A stretch of 64,000 nt of DNA from SAR324 cluster bacterium JCVI-SC AAA005 (GCA_000224765.2 AGAU01000068.1:21555-85554), one strand, 5' to 3'; counted from the first letter of the stretch, positions 48,901-58,095 are shown. A program made the numbers and translations. Notes: generated by a model from the sequence alone, not told the origin.

Positions 48901-50466
48901 TTGTTTTCCAGGCAGATTCAATTCTTCACTGTTTAAATCTAAGCTAGCAAGTTGTAGCCATGTTTCTTGGTCTCGCTTCAGCTGAAAATCTTCTAACTGC
49001 AGTGAGGTTTTCCTCAGTCTGGGAAGTTGAATCCCCAGATCCCACTCAAAATCTGTTTTCAGATCTAAATGCCCCTTTACTTCAACTGGTATTACGTCTC
49101 CAAGAAAAGGTGTTAGTTCAGCGAGTTCGAATTCCTTCAGATCCAATTGTCCCTGACTACGGAGAGTACTAGGATTGAAAAACCCACCGAACGAAAGACT
49201 GGGGCCACCTTCTCGAGCTAACTGCAGACTAAGAGCGGTTTTTCTGGATGAAACAGGCAGCGTAAACCCTCCGACTGAAAATTGATCCAGATGCCATTCC
49301 TGGGAATTTGCTGGCTGGCTCTTTTGATCGATAAAGTGGAGTTTTCCTTTTAAGATACTGAGCCCTCCCAACTCCACTGACAATTGCTCAACATCCGAAC
49401 TTTTCTCAACAGTATTTCCAGATTTTGTTTGAAGAATCTGGTCCCAGAAGAAAGCCCCATTCTCGGTACGTGTCAACCAGACTTCGAATTCACGCAATTC
49501 GATCTGTCCTAAAGCAACCTGAATACTAGGTAATACCTGAATTTTAGGGATTGGCACCTGAAGATGGCTGATTTCCAGCAACTGTTGAGAAGCTTCACCA
49601 GGAAGAATATTTTGAATGCTGAGCCTTTGAAGTTGCATAGTTCCACTGAGTGCAACCTGCTCATAGGGTTCAGACTGAAATCCCAGTTTGAGATCTGCGT
49701 CAACCAACCCATCTTGAAGCTGCAGCGCCCACTCTTTTGGTAGATACTGCTGAAAATCCGGCAGGTAAAGATTCTTCAGTTGAACGTCGAGACGAACTGT
49801 CTCTGAGGGAGCAATTTTGAATTCCCGCGCAACCACCCTCAGGCTAGTTTCGCCTAGCTGAGCAACTAGAGTGGCTGGACCAAAAGCCTGGGCAGGTTGA
49901 AGCTGGAATGATGATATTGCTGGGAGGCGAAAATTCAGTCCAGAGATATTATAGGTTTGATTGTGAGGCACATCCTTAAACAGTAGATTTCCCTGACTAA
50001 CTACGATTGCCCTAATTTCAAAAGGAAAGTTAGCTGCCTCTTGGACGGATGTTTTTCGATCTGTTTGAGCAGTTAAAATTTGCTCAATCAGATCGGAGAA
50101 ATTGAGGCGTTGTTTCCCAAGATGGGAGACACGGATGTATGGAGAAATTAACTCGGCCTCTTCAACAACCAAAGCCCATTGCCAGAAGCTATACCAACTC
50201 AGATCAATCCCAATTTCGTCAAGAGAAACAAAAGTTTCTGAACCATCAGCCTCACGGATTTCCAAACCCTGCAGGATCAACTTGAGGGAAAGCGGCTCCA
50301 CTCGCACCTGTGCCAGTTGGACTGGACGCCCCAACTGCTTCTCAAGTGCTCTTGGCAACTGTTCCTGTAACCAGCCAGGCCCTCCAAAATAAAGGATAGT
50401 CAATCCAGCCAGGCCTAGCAGGTTCAGAATAAAGACTACCCAAAGAATCCTTTGCACCCAACGCAA
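45988..50466 (-). CDS. Very large DUF748/AsmA-like envelope protein
   Basis: 1492 aa. N-terminal TM anchor (ILWVVFILNLLGLAGLTILYF). Long beta-rich repetitive body. The N-terminal pattern (QLGRPVQLAQVRVEPLSLKL.LQGLEI) is typical of the DUF748/AsmA family. Confidence 0.7.
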   Translation of the reverse strand: MRWVQRILWVVFILNLLGLAGLTILYFGGPGWLQEQLPRALEKQLGRPVQLAQVRVEPLSLKLILQGLEIREADGSETFVSLDEIGIDLSWYSFWQWALVVEEAELISPYIRVSHLGKQRLNFSDLIEQILTAQTDRKTSVQEAANFPFEIRAIVVSQGNLLFKDVPHNQTYNISGLNFRLPAISSFQLQPAQAFGPATLVAQLGETSLRVVAREFKIAPSETVRLDVQLKNLYLPDFQQYLPKEWALQLQDGLVDADLKLGFQSEPYEQVALSGTMQLQRLSIQNILPGEASQQLLEISHLQVPIPKIQVLPSIQVALGQIELREFEVWLTRTENGAFFWDQILQTKSGNTVEKSSDVEQLSVELGGLSILKGKLHFIDQKSQPANSQEWHLDQFSVGGFTLPVSSRKTALSLQLAREGGPSLSFGGFFNPSTLRSQGQLDLKEFELAELTPFLGDVIPVEVKGHLDLKTDFEWDLGIQLPRLRKTSLQLEDFQLKRDQETWLQLASLDLNSEELNLPGKQVSIGSLSIRQPQFLLSLHVDWTTNWNQLVPSLAPKNREASDQNTAWQVQLNQLRVDSGALNLIHQRENRENIKKKLQIPVLEMNDFRWPLTGESRTRLKLTTLEQEEFSLDGIASWGEQTWRGALKANVKLLPWESYYRDQLPWRLNSGRMNTAVQLQLNWSPFRLRVDGGKLHLWDLELVEAQDALPDLKFAELSVSGAVVEWPKQWFELESLNLRQLSLKQANSPFPNLTMGGLASGGLSLAVQDQRFNLGALQLQNLNIIGDSLKSPIVNLEQLNALGLDLSWAKHRVKLEKLDMQQFQLTPTDAVQPELRLPKAVAVELDLDWIKKEFFVESISLEKSWIELALLPDGKFNWERWLPTSNKQDRTTDFSDEQPWQVDLAVLEATLDRLSWQDLATPTPPLVIGNGSLQLKNLNTDRQWVENFTLKGNLDQTGQGSINGSIRFDKDLSLDVDLVDFDLLTWQPYWIEYVPLKAEQALGTLQGRFYFKFDSVGEWLRFDGLARIRDAKLIAKETGQFMGQWTVFETNNGRLEFDPFVLDLGSMRLADFELPIRRQTDGELEWMVLFGVEDDDEDHNLDPGPVFLKRLSLEGGTLSWNDRINNNPVLVTLQRIKGDIQNILGLNVPLELDLKGRWEGVAPLEAKLAFDWHRDSWGVNGKLYSQDFDLLWANPYVERYLGYRFDRGSVDLSVDYKTAGDEIDVENNLLIQRLVLGPETPGPDTLDLPVELAVGLLRDSQGTIDLSVPVSGSLEDPEFGLWDATLTVFATLISKAVTAPFTLIADVVFDGDLDENTQVIRFRPGSLDIPAAEKTKLDRLRDVLNQRPQLKMELVTLLRRETEIAALRQKELDRQIRLEKIAELIRLNVEDSIPAQMTLTSDERQKYLNRMFQRIYGSPQGLSEEEVRLKLLDEISIEDRDLEELAQQRVYNIRNLLLEKGLLAAEQIMLNPVFETTTSRFQSSRVELRFTR

Positions 50467-50547
50467 GGTCTATTCTCTAGTGATTCAGTTCGCTAAAATA
50501 TTGGGAAAAACCCAGACTGGCAGGAGGGATCTGCCGAGGAAAAAAAC

Positions 50548-52266
50548 TCAGAGAGGGGTGTGCTGGAAATGTTCCAAGCGATCTTGGTAGTAGCGGAGAC
50601 CCATGTGATCCACATTACGGATGTCAGATTTAGCTCGTTGCAAGGCAGTCTTGGCTGTGTCTGCTGCTTCCTGCCAGCGTCCCTGAAGAGCATAGCTTTC
50701 TGCAAGGGTATCCAAAATATAGGCAGCTGGTTCCAATGCCACTGCACGCTCTGCAAGAGCTACACTCTCCTGCACTTTCAGAGGCTGTGCGGCAAAGTGT
50801 TGGGTTAGAAGCCAAGCCAAGTTGTTGAGTGCCCTTGGATTTTCAGGCTCCCAAACCAACACTTGTCGATAGAGTTCTTCAGCGCGTTCAAACTTTGATT
50901 TTTCGTAGAATGTATTGGCAGCCTGTATCAACAACCCCACGTCCGCTGGCGTTGTTTCCGAAACAATGTTTTCCAATCGCCAAAAAATCAGGTTCTCTTT
51001 GGCATGTTGAGAAGTACTATAAACATTTGCAGAGAGTAATAAACCGAAGAGTAACAGACAGCCACCTTGGATCGTTCTCACTCTTTGATCATGCAGTGCA
51101 ACTTTTTCCGGTTGTTCTTCACAGAGTTTTAGAAATTCCAATCGCTGCTGAATCCCATAGTGATGCCAGTTGTCTTGATGCAGCGCAATTCGGTTCAGGT
51201 GCCCAACTTTTTTCAGAGCTGCAGCGAACGGCTCCCAACCACATCTCAAAAATGCATTACAGTCCGCTTGCCTTTCAAAATTTCTGCTTAGAAACCCGAT
51301 TCCTCCACGGAGAAATAAGGCCAGTAGCCCTACTAACAAAAATCCCTGTAACCAATCTGGCGTTGTAAAGCCTGTAATCCACTGGGTAAACTCCACCCCA
51401 ACCAGAATCAGAAAAAGCAATTCTACAAAGCCAAGGAAAGCAAGTGCATAGAAGAATAGATGCCAGCGTCGGAGATGTCCCGCTTCATGCGCTACCACTG
51501 CGCGTAATTCCTGTGAATTCAGATGGTCCAGCAGTTGCGGACTGACCAGCAGAAAGCGAGCCCATGGCAGAATTCCAATTACTCCAGCTGTCGCTGTTTG
51601 AGTGATGTGTCCTGGCCAACAAAACACACATTGAACAGAAGTATGGTTGGCTTTCAGTTCAGTGATGATCTCATCTCTAACTTCTGAGGGCACAGGTTGT
51701 ACCCCCCAACTCAGTACTACAAACCAGGGTGCAGTTCCCAACAAAATTAACACACTCAATCCTAACTCAATCAGCACTTGGTTACTGACTGCTGTATTAG
51801 GAATGGTATTCTCAAGCAGAAGAGTGAGACCTAAGTGAAGACCTGTAATCAAAATCAAAGGAAGTTGTAGTCGTAGAGTCTGGATCGTCTTGAGCCACTT
51901 TTGACCATCTCGCCCCCAGGGATGAGCCGCTAGACTATCGGCAATCCAGAAGACTAGTACCAAAAGGGAAACAACTGTGGCTTGATCCATCCGCAGACTT
52001 TCCCAGTATGAAGCTAGTTCAACAGGCAATCGGGTGGCCCAATTCAAACCAGCCCAAAGACCGGCAACTGCCCATCTTGGTAAAGCATGGACCCAAATGC
52101 TTTTGGATTGAGACTGCCACTGTCCAAGCAACAGACTGCTGATCAGGAGCAGGATCAAGGTTTCGATTGGTTCAAGGGGGATTAAGGCTTCTTCGGGTAG
52201 CATCGGTAACACCAGCAGTGACAACCCTAACGAAGCGAGAATCAATGGCAGGAAGGGCAGAAACAT
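50548..52266 (-). CDS. Membrane-embedded M48-family zinc metalloprotease with a C-terminal TPR domain
   Basis: Multiple TM helices, HEAGH (VVAHEAGHLRRWH), and C-terminal TPR-like repeats (AEELYRQVLVWEPENPRALNNLAWLL...). Confidence 0.75.
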   Translation of the reverse strand: MFLPFLPLILASLGLSLLVLPMLPEEALIPLEPIETLILLLISSLLLGQWQSQSKSIWVHALPRWAVAGLWAGLNWATRLPVELASYWESLRMDQATVVSLLVLVFWIADSLAAHPWGRDGQKWLKTIQTLRLQLPLILITGLHLGLTLLLENTIPNTAVSNQVLIELGLSVLILLGTAPWFVVLSWGVQPVPSEVRDEIITELKANHTSVQCVFCWPGHITQTATAGVIGILPWARFLLVSPQLLDHLNSQELRAVVAHEAGHLRRWHLFFYALAFLGFVELLFLILVGVEFTQWITGFTTPDWLQGFLLVGLLALFLRGGIGFLSRNFERQADCNAFLRCGWEPFAAALKKVGHLNRIALHQDNWHHYGIQQRLEFLKLCEEQPEKVALHDQRVRTIQGGCLLLFGLLLSANVYSTSQHAKENLIFWRLENIVSETTPADVGLLIQAANTFYEKSKFERAEELYRQVLVWEPENPRALNNLAWLLTQHFAAQPLKVQESVALAERAVALEPAAYILDTLAESYALQGRWQEAADTAKTALQRAKSDIRNVDHMGLRYYQDRLEHFQHTPL

Positions 52267-52366
52267 TTGTTTTCCTTCTGGTGAAATCCCATCAAATAAA
52301 TTGGAAATGTAGAAAGCTTGGGTTAGCTTAGGTCCTTTCTCTCAACTCTTGCCTAGGACGCTGAGC

Positions 52367-53527
52367 ATGGAATATTCGGCCAATGTACATGAGATCGAGC
52401 ACGAAGGGAAACGCATCGTGCTGGTTGGAACCGCCCACATCTCAATGGAGAGCGTGGAAGAAGTCAGTCGGGTCATCGAACAAGAACAACCCGATGCGGT
52501 GTGCATTGAACTTTGTGCTGCTCGGTACGAAGCACTCCGCTATGGAGATCGCTGGAAGGAAATGGATCTCTTCAAGGTTATTCGCCAAGGCAAAGCCATG
52601 CTGTTATTGGCAAATCTCCTGATGTCGGCATTCCAGCGACGCCTTGGTACTCAATTAGGAGTAGAACCTGGTGCTGAAATGGTCGAAGCTGCCCGAGTCG
52701 CTGAGGATCTTGAAGCAAAAATCGTTTTAGCAGATCGAGATGTTCGAGTAACCCTTCAAAGAACATGGCGTAGACTGTCTTTCTGGCGAAAGTGGAAACT
52801 AAGTGGGCAGCTGATGGGCAGCATGTTTGTCGACGATCCAATTCAGAAAGAAGATATTGAACGCATGAAGCAAAGTGACGTGCTGACAGATGCTCTCGAA
52901 ACTTTGGCTTCACAAGCTCCGGAAATGAAGGAAACCTTGATTGATGAGCGTGACCAGTATTTGGCTGAAAAAATTAGACAAACCGACAGTCCCAAGATTG
53001 TCGCAGTGGTTGGAGCTGGACATGTCCCCGGAATAAAGCGTGAACTTGGTCAAGAGCATGATCTCAATGAGTTGGAACGAGTACCTCCTCCTGGATCACT
53101 CGGGACAGTGCTCAAGTGGGGAATTCCGGCATTGATTATCAGCTTGATCATCTACGGCTTTACAATGGCAGATACAAGTGTCAGCTGGGAAATGCTCGAA
53201 CGCTGGTTTTGGATCAATGGCAGTCTGGCTGCTCTTGGTTCCGCCCTGGCGCTTGCCCATCCACTGACTATTTGTTCTGCCTTCATTGCTGCCCCGTTTA
53301 CTTCTCTGAATCCTGCTGTAGCTGCTGGCTGGGTCGCTGGCCTTGTAGAAGTTCTCATCCGACGACCACAGGTTCGAGATTTTGAAGGCTTGATGACAGA
53401 TGTTCAGGAATTCAAGGGGTTTTGGCGTAACAAGATCACTCGTGTACTCCTGGTAGTCGTTTTTGCAAACTTAGGCAGTACAATTGGTACGATCACCGGT
53501 GGCTTTGCCATTGCTTCGTTACTCTGA
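52367..53527 (+). CDS. TraB/GumN-family protein
   Basis: GKRIVLVGTAHISMESVEEV, VGAGHVPGI, and C-terminal TM helices. The ORF is open from TTG 52349. Confidence 0.8.
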   Translation: MEYSANVHEIEHEGKRIVLVGTAHISMESVEEVSRVIEQEQPDAVCIELCAARYEALRYGDRWKEMDLFKVIRQGKAMLLLANLLMSAFQRRLGTQLGVEPGAEMVEAARVAEDLEAKIVLADRDVRVTLQRTWRRLSFWRKWKLSGQLMGSMFVDDPIQKEDIERMKQSDVLTDALETLASQAPEMKETLIDERDQYLAEKIRQTDSPKIVAVVGAGHVPGIKRELGQEHDLNELERVPPPGSLGTVLKWGIPALIISLIIYGFTMADTSVSWEMLERWFWINGSLAALGSALALAHPLTICSAFIAAPFTSLNPAVAAGWVAGLVEVLIRRPQVRDFEGLMTDVQEFKGFWRNKITRVLLVVVFANLGSTIGTITGGFAIASLL

Positions 53528-53537
53528 CATCCTGCCT

Positions 53538-55076
53538 TCACAGTTCTTCAAGATGTTCCTTCAACCAAGAAGCTTTATTGCGGATGGCCACTTGCTCTGC
53601 TGAGTCCATTTTGTCCCAAGTCCGATAGACCATACCGATGCGTGGATTGCGAATCAGCTTTTCACGATGTCGGTCATGGAAGTCCCAATACAAACTGTTA
53701 AAGGGACAAGCCAACATGCCGTGTCTGGATTTCGCATCGTACGAACACTCCTCGCAATAGTGTCCCATTTTCCTCAGATAGTTGGCAGAAGATACATACG
53801 GTTTCGTTGCCAGCAAGCCCCCATCGGCAAATTGACTCATTCCACGAGTATTTGGCAACTCAACCCACTCAATCGCATCGATATAAATTCCCAAATACCA
53901 TCTATCCACCTCAGCAGGAGCAATTCCCGCCAACAACGCAAAATTACCCGTTACCATCAATCGTTGAATATGATGAGCATAAGCATACTGTAGAGACTGC
54001 TCTATAGAATGTGATAAGCAGCGCATTCTGGTTTTGGCGTTCCAGAACCAAGATGGTAGGGGGAGTTTATGTCCGAGCGCATTACTCTCCAAGTAAGCAG
54101 GCATCTCTGCCCAGTAGATTCCTCTGATATATTCACGCCAGCCAAGGATTTGCCGAACAAAGCCCTCTGCTTGAGCCAGGCTGATTTGGTCTGGACGGTC
54201 CTCCCATTCTTGAACCACTCGATTCAGCACTTCTCTTGGATGCAGAATCTTCGCATTCAAAGCAAAAGAAATCCTGGAATGAAAAAGGAAAGGGTCTGCC
54301 TCAGACATTGAATCTTGATAACTTCCAAAATGAGGCAGTCCATGCTTGCAAAAATGCTCGAGTAGTTGAAGACTCTGCACCCGATTAATAGGCCACTCAA
54401 GTTGATTGTTGTAGATCGAACCGATTGTCTGCACACCTGCTTTCCGGACCATCTCTAAAAGTTCATCAACCTGATTTGCCAACTTCAATCTTGGTGGAAG
54501 AGGGACTTGTCCATAATACTTTTGTCGATTCTCTGAATCAAAATTCCACTTGCCACCTGATGGTTTTGAGCCCTCCATTAGTAGCCCTGTTTGCTTGCGC
54601 AAATTACGATAGAAAGACTCCAGCAAGTATTGTTTTTTGCCGACAAAGAAATCTTTGACCGCTCCTCGCTCACAAAGAAAATGCTCTGTATCCACTCTTC
54701 TGGAGGACACCTTGAATTGACTACTCAACTCCATAAACAATTGATCCAGACGATACTCATCAGGTAACTGATAAGCCCAGGCAGCCTCAGGATTCTCCTC
54801 CAGAACCCACATTAAGTTTTTATCAAAAGACTGCTTGTTTCTTGGGTCATCTAGTCCAAGATACAAAATTTGGTGGCCCTTTGCTGAAAGATCAGCTGCA
54901 AACGCTCTCATCGCTGCGAAGAAAGCAACGACTTTCTGAATGTGATGTGAGACGTAATCGGTTTCGGAGCGTACCTCCATCATCAGGTACAAAACTTCTG
55001 GGTTCACTTTGTCAAACCAGCTATGCCCACCATACAATTGATCCCCAAGAATGAGTCGAACCTCCTTAATCATCAT
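53538..55076 (-). CDS. Cryptochrome/photolyase-family protein of the FeS-BCP / (6-4) photolyase PhrB-CryB type
   Basis: COG3046-like N-terminus (RLILGDQL). Four-Cys pattern RMRCL...HYCEEC-x12-CPFN with the spacing expected for the 4Fe-4S ligands. Confidence 0.75.
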   Translation of the reverse strand: MMIKEVRLILGDQLYGGHSWFDKVNPEVLYLMMEVRSETDYVSHHIQKVVAFFAAMRAFAADLSAKGHQILYLGLDDPRNKQSFDKNLMWVLEENPEAAWAYQLPDEYRLDQLFMELSSQFKVSSRRVDTEHFLCERGAVKDFFVGKKQYLLESFYRNLRKQTGLLMEGSKPSGGKWNFDSENRQKYYGQVPLPPRLKLANQVDELLEMVRKAGVQTIGSIYNNQLEWPINRVQSLQLLEHFCKHGLPHFGSYQDSMSEADPFLFHSRISFALNAKILHPREVLNRVVQEWEDRPDQISLAQAEGFVRQILGWREYIRGIYWAEMPAYLESNALGHKLPLPSWFWNAKTRMRCLSHSIEQSLQYAYAHHIQRLMVTGNFALLAGIAPAEVDRWYLGIYIDAIEWVELPNTRGMSQFADGGLLATKPYVSSANYLRKMGHYCEECSYDAKSRHGMLACPFNSLYWDFHDRHREKLIRNPRIGMVYRTWDKMDSAEQVAIRNKASWLKEHLEEL

Positions 55077-55123
55077 TTAGTAGTACCTCTAATAAATTTC
55101 TCATAAATTTTTTTGAGTATTTT

Positions 55124-55143
55124 TTGCAATTTTAATTGCAATT
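55124..55143. repeat. Tandem TTGCAATT motif (12-bp period) in the divergent promoter region
   Basis: TTGCAATTTTAA-TTGCAATT at 55124-55143. It includes the palindrome AATTGCAATT. Confidence 0.5.
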
Positions 55144-55217
55144 AAAAGAGTTAGACGTTAAATTTATATCTAAATGCAGTAACGTATTTTTATGAACTTC
55201 TCAACTCAGGAGAAATA

Positions 55218-55520
55218 ATGTTTACAGAATTTAACAGCATCGCTAAAGAAGTTTATAATAACATGTACAATCACAGTATGAAAAGTGTTGCGCTGATGGA
55301 AGATTCTCAGAAACAATTTATTGCCTTGAGCTTCAAAGCGGTAGCTGGCGTGGAGGGCTTAAGTTCTTTCGTACAGCCAATGCAAGAAGCTCAGACACAA
55401 ATGCTGGACATGAGCTACTCTGCAATGCGCGCTGCTTCTTCTCAAATGAAGGCGATGACAGACGAAGCTGTCAACAACTTTGAAAACACCGTGGGTTCCG
55501 CAATGCCAAAAGCCAACTGA
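55218..55520 (+). CDS. Hypothetical small helical protein (phasin-like composition, unverified)
   Basis: 100 aa with AGGAG upstream. A hairpin plus T-run follows downstream. Confidence 0.45.
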   Translation: MFTEFNSIAKEVYNNMYNHSMKSVALMEDSQKQFIALSFKAVAGVEGLSSFVQPMQEAQTQMLDMSYSAMRAASSQMKAMTDEAVNNFENTVGSAMPKAN

Positions 55521-55546
55521 TTGGCGCATTTCGACTGACCTCGCAA

Positions 55547-55593
55547 AAAGCGCAGTGGTTTGCAACAGAATTTGCTGCGCTTTACTGTTTTTT
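55547..55593 (+). terminator. Putative rho-independent terminator
   Basis: AAAGCGCAG at 55547-55555 pairs with CTGCGCTTT at 55575-55583 (9-bp stem, 19-nt loop). It is followed by ACTGTTTTTT. Confidence 0.4.
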
Positions 55594-55683
55594 GCCTCAC
55601 TTGCTTGCATCCTCATTCAAGCCTAGCTACATTCAGCTACAACACTTCTTTTCTGAACACGAAGCGTCCACTGCACTCGATTC

Positions 55684-57051
55684 ATGCAATTATCAGCTGA
55701 ACTTACCAAACTGGCCAACGCTGTTCACCAGTATGGTGGTCAAACAATCATTGTTGGGGGGAGCGTCAGGGACTATTTGCTAGGACAACTGCATCCAAAA
55801 GATTTGGATTTGGAGGTCTACGGTCTTGAAGCCAATGAACTGGAGAAGGTGTTGTCCCAATTCGGCAAGGTACTTCGAGTTGGCAAAAGCTTTGGGGTAC
55901 TTAAGCTGATCACACAACGTGCGGAATATGATGTCAGCCTTCCTAGGCGTGAAAGTAAGATTGGTAGAGGACACAGGGGATTTTTGGTTGATGCTGATCC
56001 CCGAATGACTTTCGAAGAGGCTTCTGCACGCAGAGACTTTACTGTCAATAGCATCGGCTTCGACCCAATTCAAAAACTATGGTTGGATCCCCACCATGGT
56101 CAGGAAGATTTGAAAAAGGGGATTCTACGCCATGTTGGACCCGCATTCGCTGAGGACCCCTTGAGAGTGCTAAGAGGAGCCCAGTTCGCAGCTCGTTTGA
56201 AATTTCAATTGGCTCCAGAGACTCTTGAACTATGCCAGACTCTAGATTTAAATGAATTGTCTCGCGAACGGTTGCTGGGCGAATTCAATAAACTACTATT
56301 GCGTGCAGAACGACCGTCCATTGGCCTGGCAATCCTTCGGGAGACCAAAGCCTTGCGTTTCTTTCCAGAGTTGGAAGCCCTGATTGATGTGCCTCAAGAT
56401 CCGACCTGGCATCCTGAAGGATGTGTCTGGACTCACACGCTGATGGTAGTGGATGAGGCTGCCAAACTGCGTGTTGGTGAGGAAAAAGCGGATCTCATTT
56501 TGATGTTTGGAGCCCTCTGTCATGACTTCGGCAAACCTGAGACCACGATTTGGAAAGATGGGCACTGGCGTAGCCCCGCACATGATGTTCTGGGAATGAA
56601 GCCTACTGAAAAATTTTTAAGGAGGTTAACAGATGAAACCTCTCTCATTGAAAAAGTGACAGTTTTAGTAAGGGAGCATCTCCGTCCATCTATGCTCTAC
56701 AACGACCGTGAAAAAGTCACTCCCGGTGCAATTCGAAGACTGGCATTACGCGTATCTATTCCAGAACTTTTGCTGGTAGCGGAAGCTGATCATTTTGGCA
56801 GGACTACCGAAGATGCGTTACGCCGCGAATTTCCAGCCCGAAAATGGCTCCTTGATCAGGCATCCCAGCTTGATGTGCACGATGAGAAACCCAAACCCTT
56901 TTTACAGGGTCGGCATCTTCTACAATTAGGGATGCAACCGGGCCCGCAAATAGGGAAAGTTCTCGAAGAAGCCTTTGCGCTGCAGCTAGACGGAGCCATC
57001 ATTAATTTGGAAGAAGCCAAAACTTGGGCCAATCAACGCCTTAATTCCTGA
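55684..57051 (+). CDS. cca: CCA tRNA nucleotidyltransferase with an HD domain
   Basis: GGSVRDYLLG..KDLDLEV, RRDFTVNS, and HD region LCHDFGKP. Confidence 0.88.
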   Translation: MQLSAELTKLANAVHQYGGQTIIVGGSVRDYLLGQLHPKDLDLEVYGLEANELEKVLSQFGKVLRVGKSFGVLKLITQRAEYDVSLPRRESKIGRGHRGFLVDADPRMTFEEASARRDFTVNSIGFDPIQKLWLDPHHGQEDLKKGILRHVGPAFAEDPLRVLRGAQFAARLKFQLAPETLELCQTLDLNELSRERLLGEFNKLLLRAERPSIGLAILRETKALRFFPELEALIDVPQDPTWHPEGCVWTHTLMVVDEAAKLRVGEEKADLILMFGALCHDFGKPETTIWKDGHWRSPAHDVLGMKPTEKFLRRLTDETSLIEKVTVLVREHLRPSMLYNDREKVTPGAIRRLALRVSIPELLLVAEADHFGRTTEDALRREFPARKWLLDQASQLDVHDEKPKPFLQGRHLLQLGMQPGPQIGKVLEEAFALQLDGAIINLEEAKTWANQRLNS

Positions 57052-57245
57052 TTCGGCAACTGCAACCGTTTGATTTGTGGGGGGGACCGCTTGCGACACT
57101 GCCAGAACCAAATCAGACAGCGCAGAGCAATACCAGCAGCAATTGGATAGGCGTACCAAGGTGCATCACTGAGATAGGCTTGCCAGGTCCACCAGATTGT
57201 TCTAATCAAAATGAGCACAGGGAAACAGACAGACCAATGCATCAC
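57033..57245 (-). CDS. Possible small 2-TM membrane protein
   Basis: 70-aa ORF with two hydrophobic, Trp-rich segments. It overlaps the cca 3' end by 19 bp. No homolog recognised. Confidence 0.3.
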   Translation of the reverse strand: MMHWSVCFPVLILIRTIWWTWQAYLSDAPWYAYPIAAGIALRCLIWFWQCRKRSPPQIKRLQLPNQELRR

Positions 57246-57442
57246 CAGCCATGCTGAGTGTTCAATGGGAATTCATAGGAATGGAAAACGAGACTTTCCC
57301 CTCAACCCCTTGGAAAGAAAAACTAGAGTATTCAGAACACAACTATAATCGCCAAAAGAATCATCAGGTTCTAAAGAAAAAATTGATGAATTGAATTCTA
57401 AAACAGATGAGCACAGTAAGAATCTTGCCATAAAGGAGCCAG

Positions 57443-57739
57443 ATGCCACTCTATGAATATACTTGTGCAGAATGTGGGGAACAGTACGAGATACTGCAAA
57501 AAATCAATGAGCCCAACCCAAAAAGTTGCCCGAATTGCAAACGGCCTGGACTGTACAGGGCAGTTTCCAATTTTGGCACAAAGTTACCTGGACTTGAGAG
57601 TCGTCAGGAACTACACAATCGCTTGCCCAAGCCTTTGCGCCAGACCAGTGGAACAACAGCAACTCATTCTCATGGACCAGCCTGCGGACACAGTTCTGGT
57701 TTTTCACAACGGTTGAAGCAATACGAAAAACGAATGTAA
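57443..57739 (+). CDS. FmdB-family zinc-ribbon putative regulatory protein
   Basis: MPLYEYTCAECGEQYEILQKINEPNPKSCPNCK (CxxC...CxxC_SSSS family). Confidence 0.85.
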   Translation: MPLYEYTCAECGEQYEILQKINEPNPKSCPNCKRPGLYRAVSNFGTKLPGLESRQELHNRLPKPLRQTSGTTATHSHGPACGHSSGFSQRLKQYEKRM

Positions 57740-57907
57740 ACCCCTTCTTCCAAATAAATCATAAGTGGAAGATTCCTAGCTACTAATGTCAATTTATGGA
57801 AAGAGATGATGTCTCAGTCCTTTGCATCCCCAGAAGACCAAAATGTTAAGAGTGTTTCTTAACTAGAAACATTAATAGCTTTCCAAAATAGTTTTTCAGT
57901 TTCCATG

Positions 57908-57965
57908 AAAGACTATTCATCTCAGGTTTTTACTGAAATTTAAACCCATTAAAGACTATTCTTCT
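57908..57965. repeat. Direct repeat AAAGACTATTC(A/T)TCT, two copies
   Basis: Copies at 57908-57922 and 57951-57965, a 43-bp period, upstream of the integrase. Confidence 0.6.
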
Positions 57966-57989
57966 TCCAGTTCAGTCTATAAAAATCCA

Positions 57990-58027
57990 TTGACAGCCAT
58001 TAAATTTGTTGGCTAAATTGTTGGCTA
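57990..58027 (+). promoter_or_regulatory. Putative integrase promoter overlapped by tandem TTGTTGGCTA repeats
   Basis: TTGACA at 57990-57995, about 18 nt, then TAAATT at 58014-58019. TTGTTGGCTA at 58006-58015 and 58018-58027. Confidence 0.45.
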
Positions 58028-58095
58028 GTATTAGCTTTGTTTCTGAACATGAATCGTTCGGACACCACTGAACACTTCCAACAGGTTCCAACACT

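Noticed and set aside
1784-55143. A common ATTGC...GCAAT regulon linking the palindromes at 1784 (htpG), 31151 (response regulator) and 55136 (photolyase) with the element's CGCAAT sites
   Set aside because: The half-site spacing and flanks differ at every site (CC-GG insert, zero spacing, AATT flanks). Short AT-rich palindromes are expected by chance in spacers. Only the intra-element recurrence is reported.
57740-58095. tRNA or tmRNA gene expected next to the P4-type integrase
   Set aside because: I found no T-arm (GGTTCGAxxCC or its complement) and no acceptor-stem pairing on either strand, here or in 63349-63635. The only GGATTCGAAGCC-like string in the window, near 32270, is inside the dsbD coding sequence.
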